Assembly (NCBI GenBank): GCA_003164715.1
Contig: PLTZ01000026.1
Coordinates: forward strand, 712-64,711
Length of the DNA: 64,000 bases
Direction of reading: 5' to 3'
Origin: Opitutaceae bacterium
Lineage (GTDB): Bacteria > Verrucomicrobiota > Verrucomicrobiia > Opitutales > Opitutaceae
A program made the position numbers and the translations under genes. The notes beneath the pieces are model-generated. The model made no database searches. It saw only the letters and a list, made by a program, of their open reading frames with translations, and was not told where the DNA came from. Positions 9,427 to 18,239 of this stretch are shown here, piece after piece. Numbering within the stretch: position 1 is the stretch's first letter; the number at the start of each line of letters is the position of its first letter.

Positions 9427-10107
9427 ATGAAATGGCTCCTCTTCATCCTGGCTTCATTGGGCTGCGCGGGTTCCGCGCTTTCCAGCGCTGTGGGCGACAC
9501 CTATGACCAGGTGATCGCCGAGAAGGGCAAGCCCACCAGCCACATCGAGGCGGGGGCCGTGCAGATCCTCAAGTACCCGGACGCGACGATCAAACTGAAG
9601 GACAACATCATCGTCTCAATAAGGCCGCCCGAGCCGGTGTCGCAGGCGAGCAGCGCGCCGCCCGTGCCGCGCCCGGGCCCCGCCCCCGTGAGCGCCATGG
9701 CGCCCCTCCCGGAGCCCTTCGATCCGAACGCCAAGCTGACGTGGTCCACCGACTACGAAGGGTCGCTCGACCGGGCGAAGCAGGAGCACAAGCACGTCTT
9801 TCTCTTCTTCACGGGATCCGACTGGTGCAGCTGGTGCAAGAAGCTCAATCGCGAGGTCCTGACCACGGGCGAATTCATCCAGTATGCCCAGGACAAGCTG
9901 ATCCTGGTCGAGCTGGATTACCCCCGCCAGACCCCGCAGTCGTACGAAGTGAGGGTGCAGAACAAGATGCTGGAGAGCCGATACAGCATCACCGGCTTCC
10001 CGACCGTGGTCGTCCTCGACTACACCGGGAAGGCTGTCACCCGGATGGGCTACAAGCCCGGCGGGCCGGAGCCGTTCATCGACCAGCTGAAGGCGCTCGG
10101 CGACTGA
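9427..10107 (+). CDS. Thioredoxin-fold protein, secreted
   Basis: Signal peptide MKWLLFILASLGCAGSALS. Thioredoxin_7-like block VFLFFTGSDWCSWCKKLNREV carries the CxxC motif (CSWC). The track start at 9418 is TTG and an ATG lies at 9427. Confidence 0.75.
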   Translation: MKWLLFILASLGCAGSALSSAVGDTYDQVIAEKGKPTSHIEAGAVQILKYPDATIKLKDNIIVSIRPPEPVSQASSAPPVPRPGPAPVSAMAPLPEPFDPNAKLTWSTDYEGSLDRAKQEHKHVFLFFTGSDWCSWCKKLNREVLTTGEFIQYAQDKLILVELDYPRQTPQSYEVRVQNKMLESRYSITGFPTVVVLDYTGKAVTRMGYKPGGPEPFIDQLKALGD

Positions 10108-10285
10108 GCGCGGGGGGGCTGGACGGTCGGCGCTCGCTTTTCCCCCTTGACCATCTCGATCCGTTTCCGGGAGCGTGGCGTCGCCGCCGCGGCGGGGTTC
10201 CCGGGGAGCGTGGGAGCGGCCGCGAAGCAGGGGAACAATGGAGGATGATATTGTGTCCTGTGAGGCGGAGGGCCACCCCTGACCC

Positions 10286-12691
10286 ATGATTCAATCCCTG
10301 AGGCACGCCCTCCGCCAGCTCGCCAGGTCGCCTGCGTTCACGGGCGTGTCCGTCGTCATGCTTGCCCTTGGGATCGGCATGAGCACGTCGACCTTCAGCG
10401 TCACGAACAGCGCCCTGCTAAGCTCGATGCCGTTCCCGGATTCGGACCGTCTCTATCGGATCTTCAGCACGTCCCTCCAGTCCCAGATGATGGAGCACGC
10501 CCCGGGGAACTTCCTGGACATACGGTCGGCCAAGCTGGAGTCGTTCTCGAGCATCGTGGGCTTCGTCCCGCACAACTCCAACGTCGCGGAGCCGGGCCAG
10601 CCGCCCGAGCAGCAGTTCGGGCTCATCGTCACGGCCAATTTCCTGACGACCCTCGGCGTGCAGCCGTCCCTTGGGCGCGGATTCGCGCCGGACGAGGACC
10701 AGCCTGGCAAGGGGGCCGTCGTGATTTTAACCGACTCATTCTGGAGACACCGGTTTGGCGCGGACCCCAAGATCATCGGCCGGACGCTGCGGATCGGAAT
10801 CGACAGTTTCACGGTGATCGGGATCCTTCCGCCCGTTTTCGACAAGACCCTCCTATGGTACGGATGCGCGTTCCTGCAGCCCCTGACGGTCTATTCCCAA
10901 TGGGAGCCGCAGCGGAAGGACAAATGGGTCAGTATCTTTGGCCGGCTCAGACCCGGCGCGACCCTAAGGTCCGCGCAGGCGGAGTTGGCGATCCTTGCAG
11001 CCCGGCTGGACCACGACTACGCGGCCGACAACGGCCTGGACGGCCTGAGGGCGACGGGCCTTTCCTCCTCGTACATCGATGACGGCAGCAGGAAGCTCTC
11101 GTGGCTAGTCGTCGGGCTCGCCGCGCTCGTCCTGGTGATCGCGTGCTCCAATCTCGCCGGCGTCCAGGTGGCCCGCGCCTTCGGTCGGAGCCACGAGTTC
11201 GCGATCCGTTCGGCGCTCGGGGCGGGCCGCCTGGACCTGATGGCCCCTCTGCTGGTCGAGAGTATCCTGCTGACGGCGGCCGGAGGGGGCTTGGGGATGC
11301 TGTTCGCGCACTGGGCGAACCACCTGGTCAGCCACTTCTATATCGGCAACTTCGAGATACTGATCGACCGGCGCGTGCTGCTGTTCGCGTCGCTCGCATG
11401 CCTGGCCACGGCCCTGACGTTTGGTTTCGCTCCCGCGTGGTTCGCCTCGCGGGTGTCGACCGGCGACGCGCTCAAGGAGAGCTCCCGCGGAAGCACGTCG
11501 AGCCGCTTCCAAAGGCGGCTCAAGTTCTCCCTCATCGTGGGGCAGCTCGCCCTTGCCTTGGTGCTCGTGAGCGCGGCGCTTTCTTTCAGCGTCGCGGTCA
11601 GGGCCTTCCTGAGGCGCGACCTCGGCTGGAGGCCCGAGCGACTTGTGACGGGCATCGTGAACATCCCCTACACGATCTTCAAGGAGGACGAAAAGAAGCC
11701 GCTCATCGTCCGGGAAATGATGGAGCACCTGGGCCGGATACCCGGGGTCAGCCGAGTCTCCATCGCCTCCGGGGTGCCGATCTACGGCTACGAGAACACG
11801 AAGAAGGTGATTGCGGAGGGTGCCGCCCCGATTCCGACGGGGCAGGAGCCGGCGGCGTACATCACCGGAGTCGACAGTGGATTCTTCGCCACCATGAGCA
11901 TTCCGCTGAAGTCGGGGAGCCTCCTCCCGGAAAACCCCAAGGCGGGCGATCCCCCGGTCATCGTGATCAACGAATCCATGGCCCGGCGCTACTGGCCCGG
12001 CCAGAGCGCCATCGGCAAGCGCGTGAGGTTCACGGACAAGGAGGGATGGCACGAGGTGATCGGGGTCGTCGGCGACATCAGCATAGCGACCAATTTCGAC
12101 GCCCCGCCCACGCGCATGCAGGTCTACTGGGGGCTGCAGGAGGAGGGCGGCATCTGGTACAATTTCATGCTGAAGAGCACCCTGCCCGCCGAGACCCTGG
12201 TTCAGCCGATCCGCAGGGCGATCGGTGAGATCAACCCCGACCTCTTGGTCTCGAGCATCGGCGGCGTGCCGCAGATGCTCGAGAGCATGCTGGCCGGCAA
12301 CAACCTGATGATCATCACGCTCGGCTCGTTTGCGTTCATCGGGCTGCTCATCGCGCTGATCGGCCTCTACGGCGTCGTCAGCCAGCTTACCCAGCAGCGA
12401 ATCCGCGAGATCGGGATCCGCATGGCGCTTGGCGCGGATTATCGCTCCGTTGTCACGATGATCCTTTCGCAGGGCGCCGTCCTCATAGCCTGCGGCCTAG
12501 CCGGGGGCCTTGCCGGGTCGTATGCCGTCAGCGCGGTCTACCGGCAGACGATGCCTGAACTCCGGCTTCCGGGCGCGGACCTGCAGGTGGGGATAGCCGC
12601 GCTCCTGTGCGCCGCCGGCCTTGTTGCGTGCTATTTCCCTGCCCGGCGGGCCGGACGCGTCAATCCCGTGGACGCCCTGCGTGCGGAGTAG
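10286..12691 (+). CDS. ADOP/MacB-like ABC-type permease (second copy, no PadR partner)
   Basis: 801 aa. The N-terminus LRHALRQLARSPAFTGVSVVMLALGIG is typical of FtsX/MacB permeases. It has two FtsX halves (RSHEFAIRSALGA and QRIREIGIRMALGA). Confidence 0.85.
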   Translation: MIQSLRHALRQLARSPAFTGVSVVMLALGIGMSTSTFSVTNSALLSSMPFPDSDRLYRIFSTSLQSQMMEHAPGNFLDIRSAKLESFSSIVGFVPHNSNVAEPGQPPEQQFGLIVTANFLTTLGVQPSLGRGFAPDEDQPGKGAVVILTDSFWRHRFGADPKIIGRTLRIGIDSFTVIGILPPVFDKTLLWYGCAFLQPLTVYSQWEPQRKDKWVSIFGRLRPGATLRSAQAELAILAARLDHDYAADNGLDGLRATGLSSSYIDDGSRKLSWLVVGLAALVLVIACSNLAGVQVARAFGRSHEFAIRSALGAGRLDLMAPLLVESILLTAAGGGLGMLFAHWANHLVSHFYIGNFEILIDRRVLLFASLACLATALTFGFAPAWFASRVSTGDALKESSRGSTSSRFQRRLKFSLIVGQLALALVLVSAALSFSVAVRAFLRRDLGWRPERLVTGIVNIPYTIFKEDEKKPLIVREMMEHLGRIPGVSRVSIASGVPIYGYENTKKVIAEGAAPIPTGQEPAAYITGVDSGFFATMSIPLKSGSLLPENPKAGDPPVIVINESMARRYWPGQSAIGKRVRFTDKEGWHEVIGVVGDISIATNFDAPPTRMQVYWGLQEEGGIWYNFMLKSTLPAETLVQPIRRAIGEINPDLLVSSIGGVPQMLESMLAGNNLMIITLGSFAFIGLLIALIGLYGVVSQLTQQRIREIGIRMALGADYRSVVTMILSQGAVLIACGLAGGLAGSYAVSAVYRQTMPELRLPGADLQVGIAALLCAAGLVACYFPARRAGRVNPVDALRAE

Positions 12692-12741
12692 AGCCCGTGG
12701 ACGATGCGGGGCCCGCCCGCTACCCATCTCCGCGGCGAAGA

Positions 12742-13833
12742 CTACTTCGAGAAAAGGCCCTCGAGAATCGGAGTGCCCGCCCCATCGCGCCCGCGGACCC
12801 CGAAGCTGTCATTGTAGTCCCAGACGGCCCAGCCCCAGCCCCGCCTTTCCGCGTCCGAGCGCACCGCGTGAATCCAGCAGCGCTTGGAAGCCGAGTCGGC
12901 CGCCTCGTACACGCCGAATTCCCCGACGTAGACCTCGATCTTCGGGGCATGCTGCGCGAGCCAGCTGGATACGCCGGCGAACGTCTCTTCGATCTGGGCC
13001 TCCGTGAGCCTGTCGCCGGCGTGAAGATTCATGTGGAAGGACGCAAGCACGTGGCCGGTGACGTCGGGCACCGTCCCGGGGAAGGAGACCGCGGGCAGCG
13101 TGCGCGTGAAGCCGACCCACGGCGCCCGCTGGTGCGTGAAGACAATCGGCTCATAGAAGTGGATCGTGAGGGCGATGTTCGGGTCGTCCGGCAGGACGAC
13201 GTCCCCGACCGTGTGGAAGCTACTCCATTTGTTCGAGGTGACGTACACGATGCGCGTCGGGTTGCTCTCCCGGATGGCGGCGAGCATGAGCTTCATGAAG
13301 GGATTGAGCTGGGGGTTCTCCGCGGCGACGGGCTCATTCAGGATCTCGAAGCGGAGCCACGGGCCCTCGGCCGCGAAGTGCGTGGCCATCTGCCGCCAGC
13401 ACCGCGCCGCGGTTTCCTGGAGAGCCGGATCCGTGTAGACCCGCCGGTCGCCGCCGACCGAGTTGAAGTCGGCGCCCGGCAGAAAATGGGCGTCCAGCAC
13501 CACCCCGAGGCCGCGGGCGCGCGCCCACCGGATGGCATCGGCGATCGGCTTGAGCCTGGCCTCGATCAGCGAGCCGTCGGCGGCGAGACAGAGCCGGAAA
13601 TCGACTGGGAGGCGGATGTGGTCGAACCCCTGCATCGCGATCCACTCGACGTCGCGTTCGCCAAACCACGGGGCGCCGTAGGCCTGCGCGGACTCATTCT
13701 GCGAGAGCCAGTGGGAGATGTTGACGCCGCGCTTGAACGTGAAGGCGGGCTCCGTTGCGGCATTGGTCGCGGTCAGCGCGCCGAGGAGCAGCGCGAGAAG
13801 CCCGCCGAGGGGGAGAAAAGAGCGGATCGTCAT
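12742..13833 (-). CDS. Glycoside hydrolase family 5 (cellulase-type), secreted
   Basis: ORF 12742..14010 trimmed to MTIRSFLPLGGLLALLLGALTATNA (signal peptide, ATG at 13833). It has the GH5 acid/base motif FEILNEP, the nucleophile region YVGEFG, and GVNISHWL near the N-terminus. Confidence 0.8.
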   Translation of the reverse strand: MTIRSFLPLGGLLALLLGALTATNAATEPAFTFKRGVNISHWLSQNESAQAYGAPWFGERDVEWIAMQGFDHIRLPVDFRLCLAADGSLIEARLKPIADAIRWARARGLGVVLDAHFLPGADFNSVGGDRRVYTDPALQETAARCWRQMATHFAAEGPWLRFEILNEPVAAENPQLNPFMKLMLAAIRESNPTRIVYVTSNKWSSFHTVGDVVLPDDPNIALTIHFYEPIVFTHQRAPWVGFTRTLPAVSFPGTVPDVTGHVLASFHMNLHAGDRLTEAQIEETFAGVSSWLAQHAPKIEVYVGEFGVYEAADSASKRCWIHAVRSDAERRGWGWAVWDYNDSFGVRGRDGAGTPILEGLFSK

Positions 13834-13969
13834 AGGGGAAAACCGGGGCCTGTGGACCGATGAAACTAGCCGGGCGAGAATGCCGTGTAAAGCGGTCCCC
13901 GCGCCGGCGATCCGAGACTCGACCGCGCGGCCCCTTTCCTGCAGGCTCGGGGGTCCGCACCTTGGCGCC

Positions 13970-14437
13970 ATGCCCGACCAACCCCCGATCCTCATCCGCC
14001 CGCTGCGCATCGGCGACTACGCCAAGATCTATGCGCTCTGGAAGGACGCTGGAGAGGGCGTGGGCCTTGGCGAATCGGACAGCCGGGCCGCGATCGGGCG
14101 CTACCTGAGCAGAAACCGCGGCCTGAGCCTCGTCGCCACGTCCGGCGGCCGGGTGGTGGCGGCCGTGCTGTGCGGCCACGACGGCCGCCGGGGCTACCTG
14201 CACCACCTCGCCGTGGCGAGAAAGTGGCGGCGCCGGGGCATCGGGCGCAGGCTGGTGGCCGCCTGCCTGGAGAAGCTCCGCTCCGAGGACATCCCCAAGT
14301 GCAACCTGTTTCTCTTTGCCAGCAACGTGAAGGGACAGGCCTTCTGGCGGAGCCTCGGCTGGACCGTCCGCTCCGACCTGAGGCTTGTGCAGCGCGGGAC
14401 GGCGTCCGCCGAGGCGGCTTGCCGCAAGAGCTGCTGA
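13970..14437 (+). CDS. GNAT-family N-acetyltransferase
   Basis: ORF 13718..14437 trimmed to the ATG at 13970 (MPDQPPILIRPL...). The acetyl-CoA binding motif is LAVARKWRRRGIGRRLV (Q/RxxGxG/A). Confidence 0.8.
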   Translation: MPDQPPILIRPLRIGDYAKIYALWKDAGEGVGLGESDSRAAIGRYLSRNRGLSLVATSGGRVVAAVLCGHDGRRGYLHHLAVARKWRRRGIGRRLVAACLEKLRSEDIPKCNLFLFASNVKGQAFWRSLGWTVRSDLRLVQRGTASAEAACRKSC

Positions 14438-14531
14438 GAGGAAGGGTCCGTGGAGGACGCATATTGGGTCGACCTGCGGGACCGATTCGCGCATTCGATT
14501 CATTCCGCAGAATTCCAACGAGTGAAGAACC

Positions 14532-14990
14532 ATGAAGATGGAGCGTGAAGGGATCCTCATCAGCACCGAGCCCGAGCGGCTGGACCTGGACTTCATATGC
14601 CGCGGCCTGAAGCGCACCTATTGGGCGACGACCCGCAGGCGAGACGTCATCAAGGAGTCGATCCGCAACTCCGTCTGCTTCGGGGTCTACGACCAGGCCG
14701 CCGGCACGCAGATAGGGTTTGCCCGGGTCGTGACGGACAGGTCGACCTTTGCGTGGATCTGCGACGTCTTCATCGACGAGGGATACCGGGGCAGGGGCTT
14801 GGGGAAGTGGCTCATGTCGTGCGTGACGGCGCACCCGGACGTGAGGAATTCGATGAGCATCCTAGGGACACGCGACGCGCACGGCCTCTATGAGAAGTTT
14901 GGCTTCGTGCGCGCCGAACTCATGAAGCGCCCGCCGGGATGGCAGGGACCGGGCCAGCCGCGGGATGAGATTCCCGCCCGCGGGCCATGA
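14532..14990 (+). CDS. GNAT-family N-acetyltransferase
   Basis: 152 aa with DVFIDEGYRGRGLGKWLM (the RxxGxG motif). It overlaps the next gene by ATGA. Confidence 0.75.
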   Translation: MKMEREGILISTEPERLDLDFICRGLKRTYWATTRRRDVIKESIRNSVCFGVYDQAAGTQIGFARVVTDRSTFAWICDVFIDEGYRGRGLGKWLMSCVTAHPDVRNSMSILGTRDAHGLYEKFGFVRAELMKRPPGWQGPGQPRDEIPARGP

Positions 14991-15658
14991 TCGTCTTTGA
15001 CGCGGACGGCACGCTGATCGGCGGGGAGTCCACGGACAAGGAGAGCTTCGAGGCGGCGTTCAAGGAAGCCGCCGGGTTCGCGCTTGAAGAGGCCTTCTTC
15101 GCCAGCCTTCAGGAGGTCACCGCCAGGGCCATCGTCCATCAGGCGCTGGGCGCCGCCGATCCCGAGAAAGTCAGGTCAACGGAGCGCGCCGTCTGCGAGG
15201 GTTACCTGCGGCGATTAAAACAGGCCCACGATCGGAACCCCGCCTCCTTCTGGGCCACGAGGGGGGCCGTGGCTTTGCTGAAGGACCTGAGCGCAAAGGG
15301 GACGCCGGTCGCCATAGCCACGGGAGACTGGCGGGAGACCATTTCGTTCAAGCTCCGGGCGGCCGGCATACCGCTTCACGGCGTTCCCTTGGTGACCTCG
15401 TCCGACTTCTACAGCCGTGCCGAGATCATCACCGAGGCCGTCGCGAGAGCGGGCCGGCCGCTGCGCGAGGCGATCTACGTGGGCGACGGCCTCTGGGACC
15501 TTAGGGCCTGCAGGGCGCTCGGAATCCCCTTCATGGGCGTCGGAGCCAGGCGGGAGCTGCTGCGCGAGGCGGGTGCCGCATACATCCTGGCGAGCCTTGA
15601 ACCGGCCGAATTCTGGCGCGTCAAGGGGATGGTGACGATGCCTCGCGGTGCGCCGTAG
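14987..15658 (+). CDS. HAD-superfamily hydrolase
   Basis: The motif I variant is IVFDADGTLIG and the later block is IYVGDGLWD. The start overlaps the upstream stop (ATGA at 14987-14990). Confidence 0.75.
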   Translation: MIVFDADGTLIGGESTDKESFEAAFKEAAGFALEEAFFASLQEVTARAIVHQALGAADPEKVRSTERAVCEGYLRRLKQAHDRNPASFWATRGAVALLKDLSAKGTPVAIATGDWRETISFKLRAAGIPLHGVPLVTSSDFYSRAEIITEAVARAGRPLREAIYVGDGLWDLRACRALGIPFMGVGARRELLREAGAAYILASLEPAEFWRVKGMVTMPRGAP

Positions 15659-15682
15659 GCCTCGCGCGGGGCAGGCGTTCCC

Positions 15683-16549
15683 TCAGGTCTTGTCCGGCGA
15701 CGGGTTGGGCGGAGTGAAGACCACTGGCACGTCGGCCATGGTCTCGACCGGATAGCCGTTACTCACCTTGGGAAGGAATCGCCACAGCTTGACGGCCGCC
15801 AGCGCCGCGTCGCCGAAGGCCGGGTCCGTCGCGCTCTTGATCACGGGATCGAAGACGTCGCCGTTGGCCCCGATGCGCACGGAGATCACCGCCCGCCCCT
15901 TGATGTTCTGCTTCCTGAGCGCGGGGGGATACGCCGGGCCGAGCCCCATGAAGAGCTTCGGCATGGCCTCCTGGACGTCCTTGATCCGCGCGGCCACCAT
16001 CCGGTTGAGCGCGGTGTTTCGCTCACCGAAGGAGACCAGGGACTGGAGCACCTCGGCTCCGCCTGAGAAAAGGTGGAAGGTGTACCTGCTGGACCCGATG
16101 GCCGAGGTCATCGGAACAATGATGTGGACATCGCGCCCCTTGTTCGGCGTCAGCTCGCCGACCTCCCAAAGAAAAAGGGCCATTCCCCGGTCCTCGGTGT
16201 CCATGGCGAGAACGACAAAGACGTCCTTGAGGTGGTAGCCCGTCTCGAATTCGGCGTCGAAATGGAAGTCATTGTTGATCTGATCGGCCCCGCTCCGGGT
16301 GGTGAGGTAGGTGATCTTCACGGACACGTTGCGCACGGCGACGAACGCGGGAAGGTACTCGGGCACCTCCTTCAACGCGTACCGGTAGGCGTTCAACGTG
16401 ACGACCTTGCCGTCCTTCTCCACGCGGGGCTTGTCGCCGTCCGCGGCGCGCACGACGTAGAATTTCCCCTCGTCCTTGGCCAGGAGCACGTGCTGGGCGC
16501 CGAGGCGGGCCGTCAGCAGGGGCAGGAGCAGCAGCGCCGGGGCGAGCAT
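15683..16549 (-). CDS. Secreted protein with C-terminal TonB-like domain
   Basis: ORF 15683..17059 trimmed to MLAPALLLLPLLTARLGAQ (ATG at 16549), because the upstream part overlaps the next gene out of frame. The C-terminus PPALRKQNIKGRAVISVRIGANGDV...AALAAVKLWRFLP resembles TonB_C. Confidence 0.6.
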   Translation of the reverse strand: MLAPALLLLPLLTARLGAQHVLLAKDEGKFYVVRAADGDKPRVEKDGKVVTLNAYRYALKEVPEYLPAFVAVRNVSVKITYLTTRSGADQINNDFHFDAEFETGYHLKDVFVVLAMDTEDRGMALFLWEVGELTPNKGRDVHIIVPMTSAIGSSRYTFHLFSGGAEVLQSLVSFGERNTALNRMVAARIKDVQEAMPKLFMGLGPAYPPALRKQNIKGRAVISVRIGANGDVFDPVIKSATDPAFGDAALAAVKLWRFLPKVSNGYPVETMADVPVVFTPPNPSPDKT

Positions 16550-16632
16550 CCGGGACAAAGCGGTGGGGGTCACGCCCGGGATTCCTCGACGAATCGCCGC
16601 CCGAGGCAACACCAATGGCGCGGACAAAGGGC

Positions 16633-17106
16633 CTACTTCTCGGGGAACGTCGCCACCTGAGTGAAGAGCCACGTTCCCGAGCGATCCCTCACCCAGGCGA
16701 TCTCGAACCTTCCCTTGGCCTCGAACAGCTTGCCGTCCGGCAGGCGGATGCTCTGGCGGTAGGTGCCCAGCTGCTCGGCGGTGTCGCCGTCGACCGTGGT
16801 GCCCTCGAGCACATCGACGTTGGAAAGGACGTGGAAGTCCGAGAATCCGGCATAGAACTTCTCGATGGCGGCCCGCCCGTGGACGGGGGGCCGGCTCGGG
16901 TTCACCAACTCGCCGTCCGGGGCGAACATGGCGGCGATCCCGGCTGAGTCCATCGCGAGGACGAGCGCCGAGTAGTGCTGGAGCCGCGCCTCGAGCGCGG
17001 CCTTGTCGGCCCTGAGCCTGGCGACCTTCGGGTTCTCGCACGCGGCGAGGAGCGCGCACAAGAGAAGCGCAGCGGTCCCCGCCAGATATCCGGTGTCGCG
17101 CCGCAT
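16633..17106 (-). CDS. SnoaL/NTF2-like (DUF4440-like) lipoprotein
   Basis: Signal/lipobox region TAALLLCALLAAC, then the NTF2-like block MFAPDGELVNPSRPPVHGRAAIEKFYAGF...FEIAWVRDRSGTWLF. The start could be 17106 or 17121. Confidence 0.55.
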   Translation of the reverse strand: MRRDTGYLAGTAALLLCALLAACENPKVARLRADKAALEARLQHYSALVLAMDSAGIAAMFAPDGELVNPSRPPVHGRAAIEKFYAGFSDFHVLSNVDVLEGTTVDGDTAEQLGTYRQSIRLPDGKLFEAKGRFEIAWVRDRSGTWLFTQVATFPEK

Positions 17107-17110
17107 TCCG

Positions 17111-18094
17111 CTAGTCCGCAAGCGGCCCGGAGATCGTGTCCAGCTCCCTCATGACCTGCGGCGTCAGCTTCTCGACGGCGTCAAGCGCCCCCAGGTTCTC
17201 GCTCAGTTGCTCGACCTTCGACGCCCCCAGGATGACCGTGCTGACGTTGGGGTTCTTCAGGCACCAGGCGATCGCGAGGCAGGGGAGGGTCGTCCCGACG
17301 CCCTTGGCGATCGCGGCGATCCTTGAAATCGCGGCCAGCTTCCCTTCGACCCCGGGCTTCTTCAGGAGTTCGTCCTGCAGCCACTCCAACCCGGGTGTGC
17401 TGAGGCGCGTGCCCTCTGGGACGCCCTTGTTGTACTTTCCGGTCAACAGCCCCGAGGCGAGCGGCGACCAGATCGTGGTCCCGAGGCCCGGGCTCCTGTA
17501 GAGGGGCGCGTACTCCTTCTCGACCCGCTGGCGGTGGAAGAGGTTGTACTGCGGCTGCTCCACCACGGGGTGGTGGAGCCCGAGCCGGTCGCACACCGCG
17601 TGGGCCGCCTCGATCTGCGCCGCGCTCCACTCGCTTGTGCCCCAGTAGAGGACCTTTCCCTGGACGATGAGGTCGTGCATGGCCCTGCAGGTCTCCCCGA
17701 TCGGGACCGTCGGGTCCGGCCGGTGGCAGTAGTAGAGGTCGAGATAGTCGACCTGGAGGCGCCGGAGCGCGTCGTGGCAGGCCTCGACCACGTGCTTTCG
17801 CGAAAGCCCGTCCTCGTTGGGCCGATCGCCCACGGTGCCGAAGAAGACCTTGCTCGAGACCAGGTAGCTGCTGCGGCGCCAGCCGGACTTCTTGAGGATC
17901 GCGCCCATCACCACCTCGGCCTGGCCGTCCGCGTACGCCTCGGCGTTGTCGAAGAAGTTGATCCCGGCGTCGTAGGCCGTGTGGAGGAGCTGCCTCGCCA
18001 CGGGGTCGCCGATCTGTTTGCCGAACGTGACCCAGGCCCCGAAGGAGAGGGCGCTCACCTTGAGTCCTGATTTGCCGAGTTGGCGGTAGTGCAT
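17111..18094 (-). CDS. Aldo/keto reductase (Kv-beta-like subfamily)
   Basis: ORF 17111..18289 trimmed to MHYRQLGKSGLKVSALSFGAWVTFG (ATG at 18094). It has classic AKR blocks: INFFDNAEAYADGQAE, DYLDLYYCHRPD, and WSPLASGLLTGKY. Confidence 0.85.
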   Translation of the reverse strand: MHYRQLGKSGLKVSALSFGAWVTFGKQIGDPVARQLLHTAYDAGINFFDNAEAYADGQAEVVMGAILKKSGWRRSSYLVSSKVFFGTVGDRPNEDGLSRKHVVEACHDALRRLQVDYLDLYYCHRPDPTVPIGETCRAMHDLIVQGKVLYWGTSEWSAAQIEAAHAVCDRLGLHHPVVEQPQYNLFHRQRVEKEYAPLYRSPGLGTTIWSPLASGLLTGKYNKGVPEGTRLSTPGLEWLQDELLKKPGVEGKLAAISRIAAIAKGVGTTLPCLAIAWCLKNPNVSTVILGASKVEQLSENLGALDAVEKLTPQVMRELDTISGPLAD

Positions 18095-18239
18095 GGGGGT
18101 GTAGAGGGGGAGGTTGGGACGCGCAAAGAATGGGGCAGGTTTCGCAGATCTGCAAGGGTGGGGCGCTTGACTCCGCGGCGCCGTGCGGGCACCTGTTAGC
18201 GGATGACGCCACGGGCGGACGCGAACCGGAGCCTCACCC